Below are positions 1-10,983 of a DNA stretch of 36,719 nucleotides, one piece after another; within the stretch, counting starts at the first letter, position 1; each line of letters begins with the position of its first letter. Source of the DNA: Dirinaria sp. TL-2023a (taxonomy: Eukaryota). The DNA lies in NCBI GenBank assembly GCA_051941275.1, contig JAVEBF010000002.1, positions 62,001 to 98,719 of the forward strand, written 5' to 3'. The position numbers were made by a program, and so were the translations under genes. The notes under the pieces are model-generated. The model saw nothing but the letters and a program-made list of their open reading frames with translations, made no database searches and was not told the origin of the DNA.

Positions 1-283
1 TCTCAATAATCTCTATCATCTTCCTGCCTTCCTTAAGCTGAGCGTGTCCGTATTCGACGAGTCTTTCCAAGACCAATGCTTCGCTCCTTGCTTTACCCTT
101 TGCGTCCGGTACTATTTCCGAGAGCCTATCAAATTGTGACCTCAAGAAGTTTCGCCGGTTTTGCTCCGAAGTAATATGATTCGTTTTCTTTTGATCATGC
201 GTCAAGCGAGGTTTATCGGCCTCTCGTTGTCTTTGCAAATGAGCCTGACTATCAGGTGAATTCGATACTGGAGATGCGGGCAT
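1..283 (-). CDS. bHLH transcription factor, INO4-like (5' part only; runs off the window start)
   Basis: Not in the ORF track because it has no stop in the window. Manual translation from ATG at 283: MPASPVSNSPDSQAHLQRQREADKPRLTHDQKKTNHITSEQNRRNFLRSQFDRLSEIVPDAKGKARSEALVLERLVEY... The KPRL..KK.NHI.SEQ.RR....FDRL.E.VP....RSE..VL pattern matches small fungal Ino4-like bHLH proteins, with the H-E-R E-box contact residues intact. Confidence 0.8.
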   Translation of the reverse strand, partial: MPASPVSNSPDSQAHLQRQREADKPRLTHDQKKTNHITSEQNRRNFLRSQFDRLSEIVPDAKGKARSEALVLERLVEYGHAQLKEGRKMIEIIE

Positions 284-350
284 CTTTTCTGAGCGAGACA
301 TTAAAACTGAGCTGGGAGCTGCCTCATCGTTGTGTGAAGAATCGAAGGTT

Positions 351-530
351 AAGGTAGGGATCCCAACGATGAAAGCGGCAGAGTGATTAATTTAGATTCG
401 CAAAAGAATCCTTAAAGGTCTACCTTTAGGGCTAGGGGTGGGACTACCTAAGGTAATCTTACATAAGGTATGCTACGGTACCGTAATGTATCTCTTCTGT
501 AAGGTATCTTACCGTACCTCAGTAGGTATC
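351..530. promoter_or_regulatory. AAGGTA/TACCTT motif cluster in the bHLH/HIS4 divergent promoter
   Basis: AAGGTA at 351, 450, 465 and 501; TACCTT at 421; inverted repeat TAAAGGT-CT-ACCTTTA at 413-428; palindrome TACGGTACCGTA at 474-485. Confidence 0.55.
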
Positions 531-552
531 TCATCCACTCGAGCCAATTTTG

Positions 553-558
553 GAGTCA
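553..558 (-). promoter_or_regulatory. Candidate Gcn4/CpcA response element (TGACTC) upstream of HIS4
   Basis: GAGTCA on the + strand, about 160 bp upstream of the HIS4 ATG. HIS4/his-3 orthologs are established cross-pathway-control targets. Confidence 0.4.
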
Positions 559-716
559 CGAGGTGGGTTAAATCATCTAATCAAGTCAGATTTTCACTGC
601 AATTGGTCTTCAGCATGACCATAGAATAAGATGCGCAGCCCCATTTTTTTGATAGCAATTGTGTGCTACCCTTGACAAGGAAACTAGCAGAACACTTCAG
701 AGGCCAAGTGGCGGAG

Positions 717-3517
717 ATGGCTGAGCGCTTCCTGGTCCAAGTAGACCTTGATTCGGTGCAGTCTTCTACATCAGAAGGTCTAGATTTGAAAACAATCTCG
801 TATCTGGGTCGAGTACAGATTAAGATCACTCCTAAAAATTTTGCGTTGGCCAAGGACTTTCTCAAGAAACATTTTAATGATTTTACTACATACTGTGACG
901 CCAACGAGCTAGAAGACCGTTTCGGTGATATTATTTCTTTACTTGACCATGGCGCCATGAAAGTCTTCGTTACACAATTTCAATTTGACGCCATCGCAAA
1001 AGAAAAGTTGTTGGGAGACTTTTCCAGGCTCATCGTCTCTCTCGATCATCCTGCCCGCTTAAACGACATATCTAACGCCATTCGTCAAGCTAAGGAATAT
1101 ATCAGAGGTGTTGTAGGAGATGCAACAGTAGGCATTGCCATCCCTGATGTACACGAAGACGTGGCTAAGGATTCTGGCTATCCCACAACATACATAACGA
1201 TTGCAAATGCGCAAAACACTTTGGATCTGTACAAAAAGGCTTTAATAAGCGGGCATGTTCCAATCATACCAGCTAAAGAGCTTACGATCGATCAGCAGAA
1301 GGACCCGCTCAAAATACCTGCCTGGCTCCTGATCACGACTGCAATTAAGACTGATCGTCCTGATAGTCTGTTTGCAACTGTGGTTACTAACGAACATGGG
1401 ATATGCCTGGGTCTAGTGTACAGCAGCGATTTGAGTGTCGCAGCAGCATTGAAGTCCGGTAATGGTGTGTACTGGAGCCGGTCACGGAACAAATTATGGA
1501 TCAAAGGAGCCGAAAGCGGGGATACACAAGATTTGATTAGCATTGGATGGGACTGTGATTCAGACGCTCTTCAGTTTACCGTTAGACAACATGGCAACGG
1601 TAATCGCGTGTTTAGATGAGTCAGGAGAAATTGCTTGCTGACTTGGTCCAGGTTTCTGCCATCTCAAAAGTCCTACCTGCTTTGGGGATTACTCTGGCCT
1701 GGCCCGTTTAGAAAAGACTCTCGACAGACGGAAAGGATCAGCTCCCGAGGGCTCTTATACCGCGAGGCTCTTTAAAGACCCTAGACTACTTGAAGCGAAG
1801 ATAATGGAGGAAGCAGGTGAACTTTGCGAAGCCACAAGTAAAGAAGATGTTGCCGCAGAAGCCGCAGATCTGTTCTACTTTGCTATGGCTCGGTGTGCAG
1901 CCATGGGAGTGAACCTCGAGGATATCGAGAAAAATCTAGATCTTAAAAGCGTCAAGACTTCAAGGAGACGAGGCGACGCGAAACCTCAATGGGCCGCAAA
2001 GGTTGGACTTCAAAATGGTATTCCTACACTAGCGACCAGCCGAACACCAGAGGGAAACGACAAGCTCCCCCAAGAGGCGCTCAAAGAAGCCGCTTCTCAG
2101 CCTAAGAGCAAAGATGATTTGGCCGGTACAGTTGCCGGCAGAATTCAAATGAGAAAAGTCAGAGTAGCAGACAGCGATCTGAGTACTCTTAAAGCTGTAT
2201 TGCAACGTCCATCACAGAGGGCTACAGATGAGATCATGAACATTGTAAAGCCCATCATCATGGAGGTACGCGACCGTGGTGATGCGGCCGTACTTCAGTA
2301 CACTCATAATTTTGAAAAAGCGACTTCTTTGACCTCACCAGTGCTCCAGGCGCCATTTGCACCAAGCCTCATGAAATTACCCCCGGAAACGATCGAAGCA
2401 ATCGACGTCAGCTTTGAAAATATCCGCCGGTTCCATGCCGCACAGCAAGACGAGGCACCTTTGAGAGTAGAAACTATGCCTGGTGTCCTCTGTTCGCGAT
2501 TCTCTAGACCCATAGAACGAGTCGGCCTTTACGTACCTGGTGGTACTGCTGTTCTACCCTCGACAGCACTCATGCTTGGTGTGCCTGCGATGGTAGCAGG
2601 ATGTAAAACTATAGTCTTGGCTTCACCACCTCGAAGTGACGGCACGATTACGCCCGAGATAGTCTATGTCGCCCACAAAGTTGGTGCCGAAAGCATTGTT
2701 CTTGCTGGAGGAGCGCAAGCTGTGGCGGCACTGGCTTACGGTACAGAGAGCATCACAAAAGTGGACAAGATTCTTGGCCCGGGAAATCAATTCGTTACTG
2801 CAGGCAAGATGGTTGTCTCTAATGATACAACAGCCGGCGTGAGCATTGACATGCCTGCGGGACCAAGCGAGGTGCTTGTCATCGCGGACAGGACTGCGAA
2901 TCCAGCATTCGTTGCCTCGGACCTTCTGAGCCAGGCGGAACATGGCACAGACTCGCAAGTCGTGCTGATCGCTGTGGATCTGAGCGAAGAGCAGCTAGAC
3001 AATATCGAAGCCGAGCTGCATACCCAAGCGAACGCGCTACCACGAGTCGATATTGTGCGTGGTGCTATTGAGCATTCTGTGACCTTGACGGTTGATAGTA
3101 TCGAGGAAGCAATAAGACTTAGCAATCAATATGCACCCGAGCATTTGATATTGCAAGTCGAAAATGCGGATGCGTTGGTCGACAGGATCCAAAACGCTGG
3201 AAGTGTTTTCATCGGACCGTGGACGCCGGAAAGTGTTGGTGATTACTCTGCTGGGGTTAATCATTCCTTGCGTAAGTCTTATTCACCTCCATATTGATCT
3301 CTTGCTGGAGACTCACCTGGTCAAAGCGACATATGGTTATGCCAAACAGTATTCAGGCGTCAATCTCGCTTCATTCACGAAGTATATCACAAGTTCTACT
3401 CTGACGAAAGAGGGCCTGAAGAACGTCAGCGGCGCAGTCATGCAACTAGCAAAGGTCGAGCAGCTTGATGCCCATCGGAGAGCAGTTGATGTCAGACTCA
3501 AACATATGGCGGGCTAA
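717..3517 (+). CDS. HIS4: Trifunctional histidine biosynthesis protein (PRA-CH / PRA-PH / histidinol dehydrogenase)
   Basis: ATG at 717 (MAERFLVQ). Introns 1600-1651 and 3272-3326 restore HGNG|FCH and NHSLP|TYGY. Motifs: YWSRSR..LW.KG..SG, DCDSDAL (cyclohydrolase); GSYTARLF..KIMEEAGEL, EAADLFYF (pyrophosphohydrolase); GLYVPGG, GPGNQFV, DMPAGPSE, SQAEHG, YAPEHL, GDYSAGVNHSLPT (HisD). Confidence 0.97.
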
Positions 3518-4504
3518 GCCATGCTGGAGGAAGCCGCTGCTGCTCGATACATCAGCTTTTTCGCTTTAGCAGGTTCAGTCCAGCAAGATAACACAACTCG
3601 TCAGGGTCAGGCTGTAGCTAAAAATATCCATTCTAAAATCTGCAGAAGCCGTCACATTTGAATGCTAGCAAAACTGATCTGGGGGCAAGTTTGCTAACAA
3701 AAGTCGGGACCGAGTCAGTACCAGTCTCCAAACCGATGCCAAACCGCCTCAGTACATGAGCGGGTATCCTCCCTACACTGCTAATGCTCCCAAAGCGATA
3801 CCACATTGAGGAAATAAGGGATGGTTAGATAAATGTCAAGCATTTTCTATGTATTTATGACATCTCAAGCCATCGTTTTTGTTCGGAGTCTACTCTTCAC
3901 GCTTCTCACCCGAGGCGATCCTTGAGAACAGCAGCCACGATTCAATGATTGGATGACTACCTAGACCGTGATGGCCAATCAACCGGTCCAAGGCTGGCCC
4001 GTTGCTACTTTGATAAGCCGTTGAAGCTGAGGCGTGAGAAGTTCTTGGCGCAAAATCATAAATGGTCGCCACCATACCTTGCCAATTCGTATTCATGGGA
4101 AAAGGCTTCTCTTCGGTAGACTGCTGGTCACACATAGTCAGCCATTGATAGACTCAACGCCGATCCGGGTCTGCCATCAGCCAGTACAGCTTGTTGGAGT
4201 TGGTTATGAAATCATTTTGCCTGAGATAATGAAACCGGGCAGGCATTGATTAGTCGACTCAAAAGTATGTCCATGGTACTGACATAGCAACGTAAAAAGG
4301 CCAGAAAAATTAATCTGTCTCGCAAGTTCGTATTTCACAGTAAGCTCTGGCTCCTTGTGAAACAAGAAACTTTCCGACTCGCTTGAGCTACTTTCGAAAA
4401 CAGGAAGTGGCTTAATGTGAGAATGAGGTATTTCTACAATGGCCGGGAGTGGGACGTGTTGGCCGACGCCTCCTTGAAAGGTCCAGTATAAACAGCTTCT
4501 ATTT

Positions 4505-6149
4505 CTAAGCGTTCCTCGCCATATCATTTCGGCAACGTTGGTAGTCTAAGAGGCCCTCGATGCTGCCGACTGCCGAAATAGCGATATCCTGATCCCAAAG
4601 CTTCTTCCTTGCGAAGTTCATCACATCCTTCTCCGTGATCCGACCCACTACCCTTTCCACTTCCTCAGGGTCCATCCTGCGGCCAGTAGTCACGATCTGG
4701 CGACCAATGTCTTCGGCGACGGCGGTGGTGCCGTCCAAGGAAAGTAGGATCGAGGCTTTAAGTTGGGCTTTTGCACGCTCGGTTTCGGCGCCGGTGACGT
4801 TCTCGGACAGACGAGACCATTCACGGAGGGTGAAGTGGACAAGGTCATCAATCTGGGTATGATTTTCGGTTACTAGGTAGATACCCCACAATCTACCGTC
4901 ATTCGTTAGTATTGGTAGGATTGAACATTGAGGGCCGTAAATGGTAACGTACCCCGTGTCACTGTAGCTTGTCGAAAAACTCATGAAACTGTTTGCAAGT
5001 TTGTTCTCATGGATAAAGGTGCTGAGCTTGCTTCCAAGATATGGTGAGTTGCCCATTGCTCGATCCCAGTTTCCAACAATTGCTTGAGTAACGAGAGCGG
5101 TGAAATAGTCATCGTCGTTCCAGCTAACCCCTTCGACTGCTATGGCGATATTCGCGGTAGGGATCGTATCATCTCGAATTCGTACCTCGGATCCGATGAA
5201 GTCAGGTTGTCGCTTCTGCAATTGGGCCAAAGAGTGCGAGGTCATGTTCGGTGGGGCTGTTGGAAGGGCGCTGAAGTGCTTCTCTGCAAGCTCTACAAGC
5301 TGTTGGTGAGGAACGCCGCCTGCTCCAACAAGGACCATGCGCTCTGCGGTGTAGTTCTGTTTAATGTAATTGACTAAGTCATCTCGCTGTATACTGGCAA
5401 TATTTTCCTTGGGGCCCAATATGGTGCGGCCAAGGGGCTGACCCTGGAATGCTGTTGCGTGTAGGTGGTCGAAAACGACTTCTTCCATTTGCTTGTCGAC
5501 TTCCTCCTGTTCACGGAGAATGACGTCCCTCTCACGTTCGATGGCTTGTGGTTCGAGTTTCGAATTCTGAAGGATATCTGAGAGGATGTTGACGGCAGCT
5601 GGAACGTCGGAATTGAAAGACTTCGCGTAGTAAACAGTATTTTCACGCTGAGCGTTGTCAGTACAGGGTAAATTGGAGTGCAAATATTGCATACAGATGT
5701 ATAGGCATTCAGATGGCCGCCCATGTTCTCTATTTCGAGCTCGAGTTCGGTTTGTGAGCGGTTTTTGGTGCCCTTGGGTTTTCGTCAGTGGTAGAGTATC
5801 GTAATCGAGTCTGAAGCTTCATACTTTGAACGCAAGATGTTCAAGGAAATGCGCAGTGCCGTTTGTCTGGTCTGTTTCTGCCCTGCTTCCCGCATCAATC
5901 CACACCCCAACCGTCGAGGTCTGCGCCCAAGGTGAGTGCTCTGTGGCGATCTATCCTGAATTTTAGCTTCATAAACTGCAGATGAATCTAGTTGCCTACA
6001 GTCAAGCCATTTGATAGCGTCGTGCTCTCGGTATTGATCTGTTGGTGTATGGGAGTTGCAAATCCTCGCTTTTTGGGCTGGATGGCCTTGAGCGCTGCGC
6101 GGCTCCGCAGCGCCTGATTAATATTCAATGCCAGCCGCCGCGAGGCCAT
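4505..6149 (-). CDS. MAS1: Mitochondrial processing peptidase beta subunit (M16B; core-1-like)
   Basis: ATG at 6149 (MASRRLALN, an Arg-rich presequence). Introns 5951-5999, 5773-5824, 5648-5694, 4893-4952. Contains WIDAGSR, the inverted zinc motif [15 protein letters not shown] (HxxEH), [18 protein letters not shown] and [14 protein letters not shown]. Confidence 0.95.
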
Positions 6150-6441
6150 GGCGAACCCTGAGGATCGCAATAAGGACCTTCAGACTTTCAATTGTAGCTG
6201 TGAGGATTTCGAAAGGGTGAGGGGAGCTTCAACTACTACCTTGACAATGCAGAGCAAGTCGTCAGGGCAAAACATAAAGTAGCTCTATCCTTATGGGGCA
6301 TTGATTAGTCATCTACATATTGGCGGCCAAGGTCGATCGCATCCAAAATCTCAAGCTCACTTTACGACAGACTATCTTACTTTACAGTGCTCTTCAACTT
6401 CTATAACGATTGGTTAAACGCCGATAAAATAAGTCGCAGCC

Positions 6442-7283
6442 ATGGCTTCAATTTTACGACCTGCTACGCTGCGCCAGGCGTGTATATATGGCCAAATACG
6501 AACAGCTTTCAAAAACCACGCCGCCAACCCCACCCCTACAAGCGGTTATACTACCTTGAGCCCGCAAAGAGGATCTATGACTTCTCGGATCGCAAACATA
6601 CGAGCTAATACTGCGAAAGCTATTGTGCCGACAAGCGCAAAAACTGCAGCATTTAAGACTAGCAGTAGGAAAGACATCCTTCCAGCTGGACCTCGTACGT
6701 AAAAACCCAAATCTTCCAGTGGATAGTGACCGAGCTGATTTGTCCCAACAGAGGTTGTTCACGGCACTGGTACGCAAAGGGAACTATCGATTTTGGGCGT
6801 CTCTAATGTGGTTGTAGCGAACGATCCAGCCCCAGTTCCAACACCATCTCCCACCCATGGCAGCTATCATTGGACTTTCGAGAGGTCCATAACCACGTTC
6901 ATTCGTTTAGGAGTATTCTTCACTGACACTCTATGAATTCAGACTGGTCTCGATTGGACTTGTTCCATTGACCATTGCCCCGTTCGCTGCTGGTACCCTC
7001 AACCCTATTACAGATGCCACTCTTGCCGCTACCATCCTTATTCACTCTTATATCGGATTTCAGTACGTTTATAATTTGCCGTTCGTGTTGCGAGTTGCTC
7101 TTTGACATGCTGCTCAGATCTATCATAATCGACTACATCCCTGCAAAAAGATTACCAAAGACAAGGGCCTTATTCTGGTGGGGTCTAAGAGCAGCGACAA
7201 TTCTGGTCGGCGTTGGCTTCTATGAATTTGAGACGAATGATGTGGGCTTGACTGAGGCGATTAAGAGGATCTGGAAGGCATAA
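6442..7283 (+). CDS. SDH4: Succinate dehydrogenase cytochrome b small subunit (CybS/SdhD)
   Basis: Introns 6695-6751, 6770-6817, 6885-6942, 7063-7117, with an 18-nt microexon at 6752-6769. The spliced protein has HGSYHWTFER, IHSYIGFQSIIIDY and YEFETNDVGLTEAIKRIWKA, all typical of fungal Sdh4. Confidence 0.93.
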
Positions 7284-7579
7284 GCTAGGCTGTATGCGGA
7301 TGGCATATTGTGCGTGTAAATCACTTCTGAAGTGTGTATGCCCTCCATCTTCTTAATATTACTTTTGCTCATTGAATACTTTCACCAAAGACTTTTGGTG
7401 GTGAAGCTAATCCATAGGCTTCAGAGACGCGAGTAAAGTCTGGAACGATGGTTGAACATCGTTCAACAATGATACGGCATCACGATAATGTTCTTACCAA
7501 AGGCCTGAGCTGATTGAAGCTTGCCAACAAAGTTGGATGCAAAGTGGCAGCGTGCAATGAGATACATGCAATCAGACCT

Positions 7580-8396
7580 CTACATATTGCTAGGCATCTT
7601 CATCCGATCAAATCGGATCACGACTCCATTTAGCATCGAGTTCTTAATACTCTCTCTCACCAGCCTTGCAAACTCTTCAGGTTTGCCGCTCGCAGTGGAA
7701 ACTCCGTTGCCTTTGTAAGACTCGAGCTGATCTTGTCATTTATGAAAGCTGTCATGTCCGAATCGAAAAGACTCGGCGCCACTGTCACAACTCTGATCCC
7801 GTACCTAGTTAAATCCCTAGCGAGGGGCGGCGTAAGTGAGGCCAGTGCTCCTTTAGAATCTGAGTACGCAACTTCATCCAACGCTGCTGCAGATGATACT
7901 AAGACAATTGCTCCTTGCTCTCCGTCCGGTCGCGCAAGCTCAACTTTGCAGAGGTGCGGCAGGACCTGCCGTATCAAATCGACAGGGACCCTGATATTGA
8001 TATTCGTGACGAAATCAAAGCTGTGAATGTCCAGCGGGTCCCCGTTTCTGTCTATTATCCTGGCAGGACTAGAGACGCTGGCTGTACCAAGACCACTTCC
8101 AATATCTTTGCCTAACCTACGATGCTCCAGATGACTTTTGCGATGCTTTCCGCCTCAACAAGGAAAAATCTAGCATAACTACCTTAGTGCCTAACTCCTT
8201 AGCGAAAGCTTCTCGGTGGTCAGCGTTCATGTCCAGGATTGAAACAAAGGCGCCTGCAGGACGAGGTTGCGAATGGTGGCTTGTCGAAGACCGGAGTCTC
8301 TAGAGTACGGCATCGATCAATAAATCGTTGCACTAGCACCTTGCGAAAGGCACGTACCCACGGCACACAACGAACGTTCGCCGTGCAGATTTCCAT
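7580..8396 (-). pseudogene. Degenerate short-chain dehydrogenase (3-hydroxyacyl-CoA dehydrogenase type II / HSD17B10-like)
   Basis: Recognisable pieces: ME(I)..RTFVV..G followed by intron donor GTACGT; SGLRQATIRNLV..AGAFVSILDMN..KELG; GAIVLVSSAAALD[GQPG segment missing]EVAYSDSKGALASLTPPLARDLTRYGIRVVTVAPSLF. A 1-nt frameshift near 7690 is needed to continue as GKPEEFARLVRESIKNSMLNGVVIRFD..MKMPSNM*. Further frameshifts occur in the 5' half. Confidence 0.82.
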
Positions 8397-8829
8397 TTCT
8401 GTAGCGTCCGCCTCACTGCTGGTCGACAGCTTGAATAGGCTCGACAGGGTGAGTACCCTGAGAATCCCATCAGTAGCCTTGCTTCGTAAGTGGGTAATTA
8501 CTTCAAGTCGCCCAGGCTTCTTCTACTCATCGATAATCCAAGCGATTGTTGGTCGGTTGTTACTCCGGCCTCACGAGTTGTCTAACATCTTCAATAGAGA
8601 ATGCTTTGGTATGGAAAAATGCAACCTGGGTTTTCGCAAGCCATTAACTGTCGTTATTGAGCAACTCAATCGAAAACGGGCAAAGTCAATATTGCAGATG
8701 CATCTTTCAAGCTCGAACCCGCAATTTTGGGTGACCAGAATGGGGACCCATGAATATGCTCCATGCATATGCAGAGAAATTGGAATTCAGGATATCATAT
8801 AGAAACACCGCTAAAGTCGGAGTAGATAA

Positions 8830-9721
8830 TTATCTCTTCCTTTCTCGTACTTTAAATTTGACCCCCGCCTTGTTCACCCCTCCAACACTGTTACTCATCT
8901 TCGCTCGTTGTAGGTTTAGTTCGCGTTCTGCGGCTACGATGTCCTGCTCCCTCGACTGGAGCGCTTTAAGTCTCAAGAGCTGAGCCTCGTACCTCCTCTT
9001 TCGCCGTTTACGTAACGCACTGGCTTGTTTCTGAGCGGCTGCCTCAGGGATCAAGGCTTTATGAGACTTAATCTGAGCAGCGGCCGGTCGGGAATCATCA
9101 CTCCCGAAATTGTCGTTGTCTTGAATGCTATCGTCGGAGTGGTGAGATTCGCTGACTTCTCCATGCGTTTGCTTTTTTATACTATTAATCGGGTACGTCT
9201 TTTTTTGTTCCTCGGTGCTTTGCGCAAAGATTATATGCTGGCCCTCGGCTGCGTTCAGCGCTCGCCCAAGCACGATCGCTCTCTTCCCGTCTTTGAGCAC
9301 ATATTCTCTCTCAAGTTTTTCCCTTGCTCTTCGCGTCTGTTGGGCCACCGTCTTCAAATAACCCGCATCTTGCGTCTTGAGCAGCTTCGCAGCATCATGA
9401 CTGAGCACTGTATTGCCTCGGTCTGCCAACTTTTGCCCTTTGTCGTGAGTTTTGCTGCTGTACATGCCAAAGTAGAATTCGTCTGGATTTCGGTCGGCGG
9501 CTTTCTGGCGTAGGATTTTGAGGCGAGTCTTCTTTGCATTGTAATCTTTCGCTCTTAAAGAATAATCCTATGTGGAATGTCAGTCTATCATCGCTCTCAT
9601 TAATGTTTCTTCGAGCTAGGCAGACTTTATGCTTTTCGAGAACACCCCATTTCTCTCGCTCACGAGGTTGGGCACGCTCCTTGTGGTTGCGCCGTTGAAC
9701 GGCATTACGCATGGACGACAT
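8830..9721 (-). CDS. UTP11: U3 snoRNA-associated SSU processome protein Utp11
   Basis: MSSMRNAVQRRNHKERAQP..REKWGVLEKHK, intron 9568-9625, then DYSLRAKDYNAKK..RNPDEFYFGM, LLKTQDAGYL and a C-terminal FKVRERKR. Confidence 0.95.
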
Positions 9722-9794
9722 GTTAAGGATATAGGAGCGCTGTTGAGACTTTCGGGCAATAGTGCAGGGTAGAAGCAATTTGAAGATGGGGCAA

Positions 9795-9980
9795 CACCTT
9801 ACTAAGGTAAGGTATGTAAGGTACTGTAAGGTAGTGTAGGAGCAGGGAGCGCCTAATCAGTACGGGTACGGAGTAGCGCGTTCCGGCGCGCTTGACTGAC
9901 CGCGCGGCGCCGCTACAGTTACACTAAAGGTAAAAGTACAGTACATAGTACCTTACATACAGTACGAGTACATGTACTTG
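9795..9980. promoter_or_regulatory. AAGGTA/GTAC motif cluster flanking a CGCG-rich core in the UTP11/CMC1 divergent promoter
   Basis: AAGGTA at 9804, 9809, 9818, 9828 and 9927; TACCTT at 9949; many GTAC; central AGCGCG-TTCCGG-CGCGCT and CCGCGCGGCGCCG. Confidence 0.55.
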
Positions 9981-10096
9981 ACTCTGCTGTAGGTAGTTCG
10001 CATACGTCCCAGGTCTAGTACGAGCTCCACAATGTAGACAAAGTCCGATTGGCGTGTAGCTGCATCAACATCGCTTTACAAATTAGCAAACGCATT

Positions 10097-10580
10097 ATGA
10101 TGGCGACTCCGGATCCGAAGCGTGCGCAGTTGCCCTCACGGAACCCTCTACCTCTCTCTTCCTCCCAAGAGGCACAAGTGCAAGAAATCTACTATAAACG
10201 GGTTCGCAACCTGTGCGCAGACCAAATACGGGGTACAGCTTTCCAAGTGTCGATCTCTACAACTATTGATGTGACGGTATCTCTGACCCTGATTTTAAAC
10301 AGACTTCGCCTCCTGCGCCCAAAACCGGACCTTTTCCGTGACCTGGAAATGTAGACAACAACGGCTCGCCATGAATTCGTGTATGATAGCTCATGCCGGC
10401 CAAGATGAACAAGACGCGGCGCGGGAAGAATGGTTTGCGACCATAGACCAAAGGATACGGCAGAGGCAGGAGAAGGAGGCACGGAAAAAGGAGCAAGAGA
10501 AGTTCCACAGAGAATGGTGGGGGCTGCCACCACTTGAAGTAAGCGAGGCGCAGGCGAAGGAGTCTCGCAACAGTAGCTGA
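10097..10580 (+). CDS. Twin CX9C cytochrome c oxidase assembly protein, Cmc1 family
   Basis: Intron 10233-10302 gives RNPLPLSSSQEAQVQEIYYKRVRNLCADQIRDFASCAQNRTFSVTWKCRQQRLAMNSCM..EQDAAREEWF, with two CX9C motifs. Confidence 0.85.
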
Positions 10581-10983
10581 AGTGAGGGATACGCCCTGCT
10601 TGGAGCATGATAATGGCGCACAGGAGACATGGGTACTGGGATTGAAAATTTAAGATATGACAAACCAGCAAAAAGGGGCAGAAGCGGAGGGTGCAGGTGT
10701 TTCTTCACCTGACGCAAAAGCTGTACAAGGATAGCATCTGTACAGTGCGCTATCGATAGCCTGCCAGCGCAACTTTCAAGCCTGCTCCTCCCAGATCACG
10801 CCGCTCCGTTTTTTGCGTCGTAATGCTCTCAATGAAGGCCACGCCAAATTAGCCAAAGTTTCCTGCTCCCGTAATACCGACCGGACACAACCCCTCCAAA
10901 ACGCCGTTACCGCCTCGCTAAATGCCTTTATTATTCAGGTAGGGTTCGAAACGAAAGTGAGCAACTGGGCGAAACCGATCCTC

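Noticed and set aside
663..716. GTG-initiated N-terminal extension of HIS4, and similar TTG/GTG starts for RPB1 (28280), MAS1 (6170) and CMC1 (10049)
   Set aside because: Bacterial-style start calls. Conserved N-termini begin at downstream ATGs and there is no evidence for near-cognate initiation.
7040..7140. Possible loss of the heme-ligand His in Sdh4 (HSY rather than HSH)
   Set aside because: By spacing to the DY motif, the first His is the axial-ligand position and is retained.
8239..8802. 187-aa + strand ORF
   Set aside because: TTG start, no recognisable domain, and antisense to the 5' end of the SDR pseudogene.
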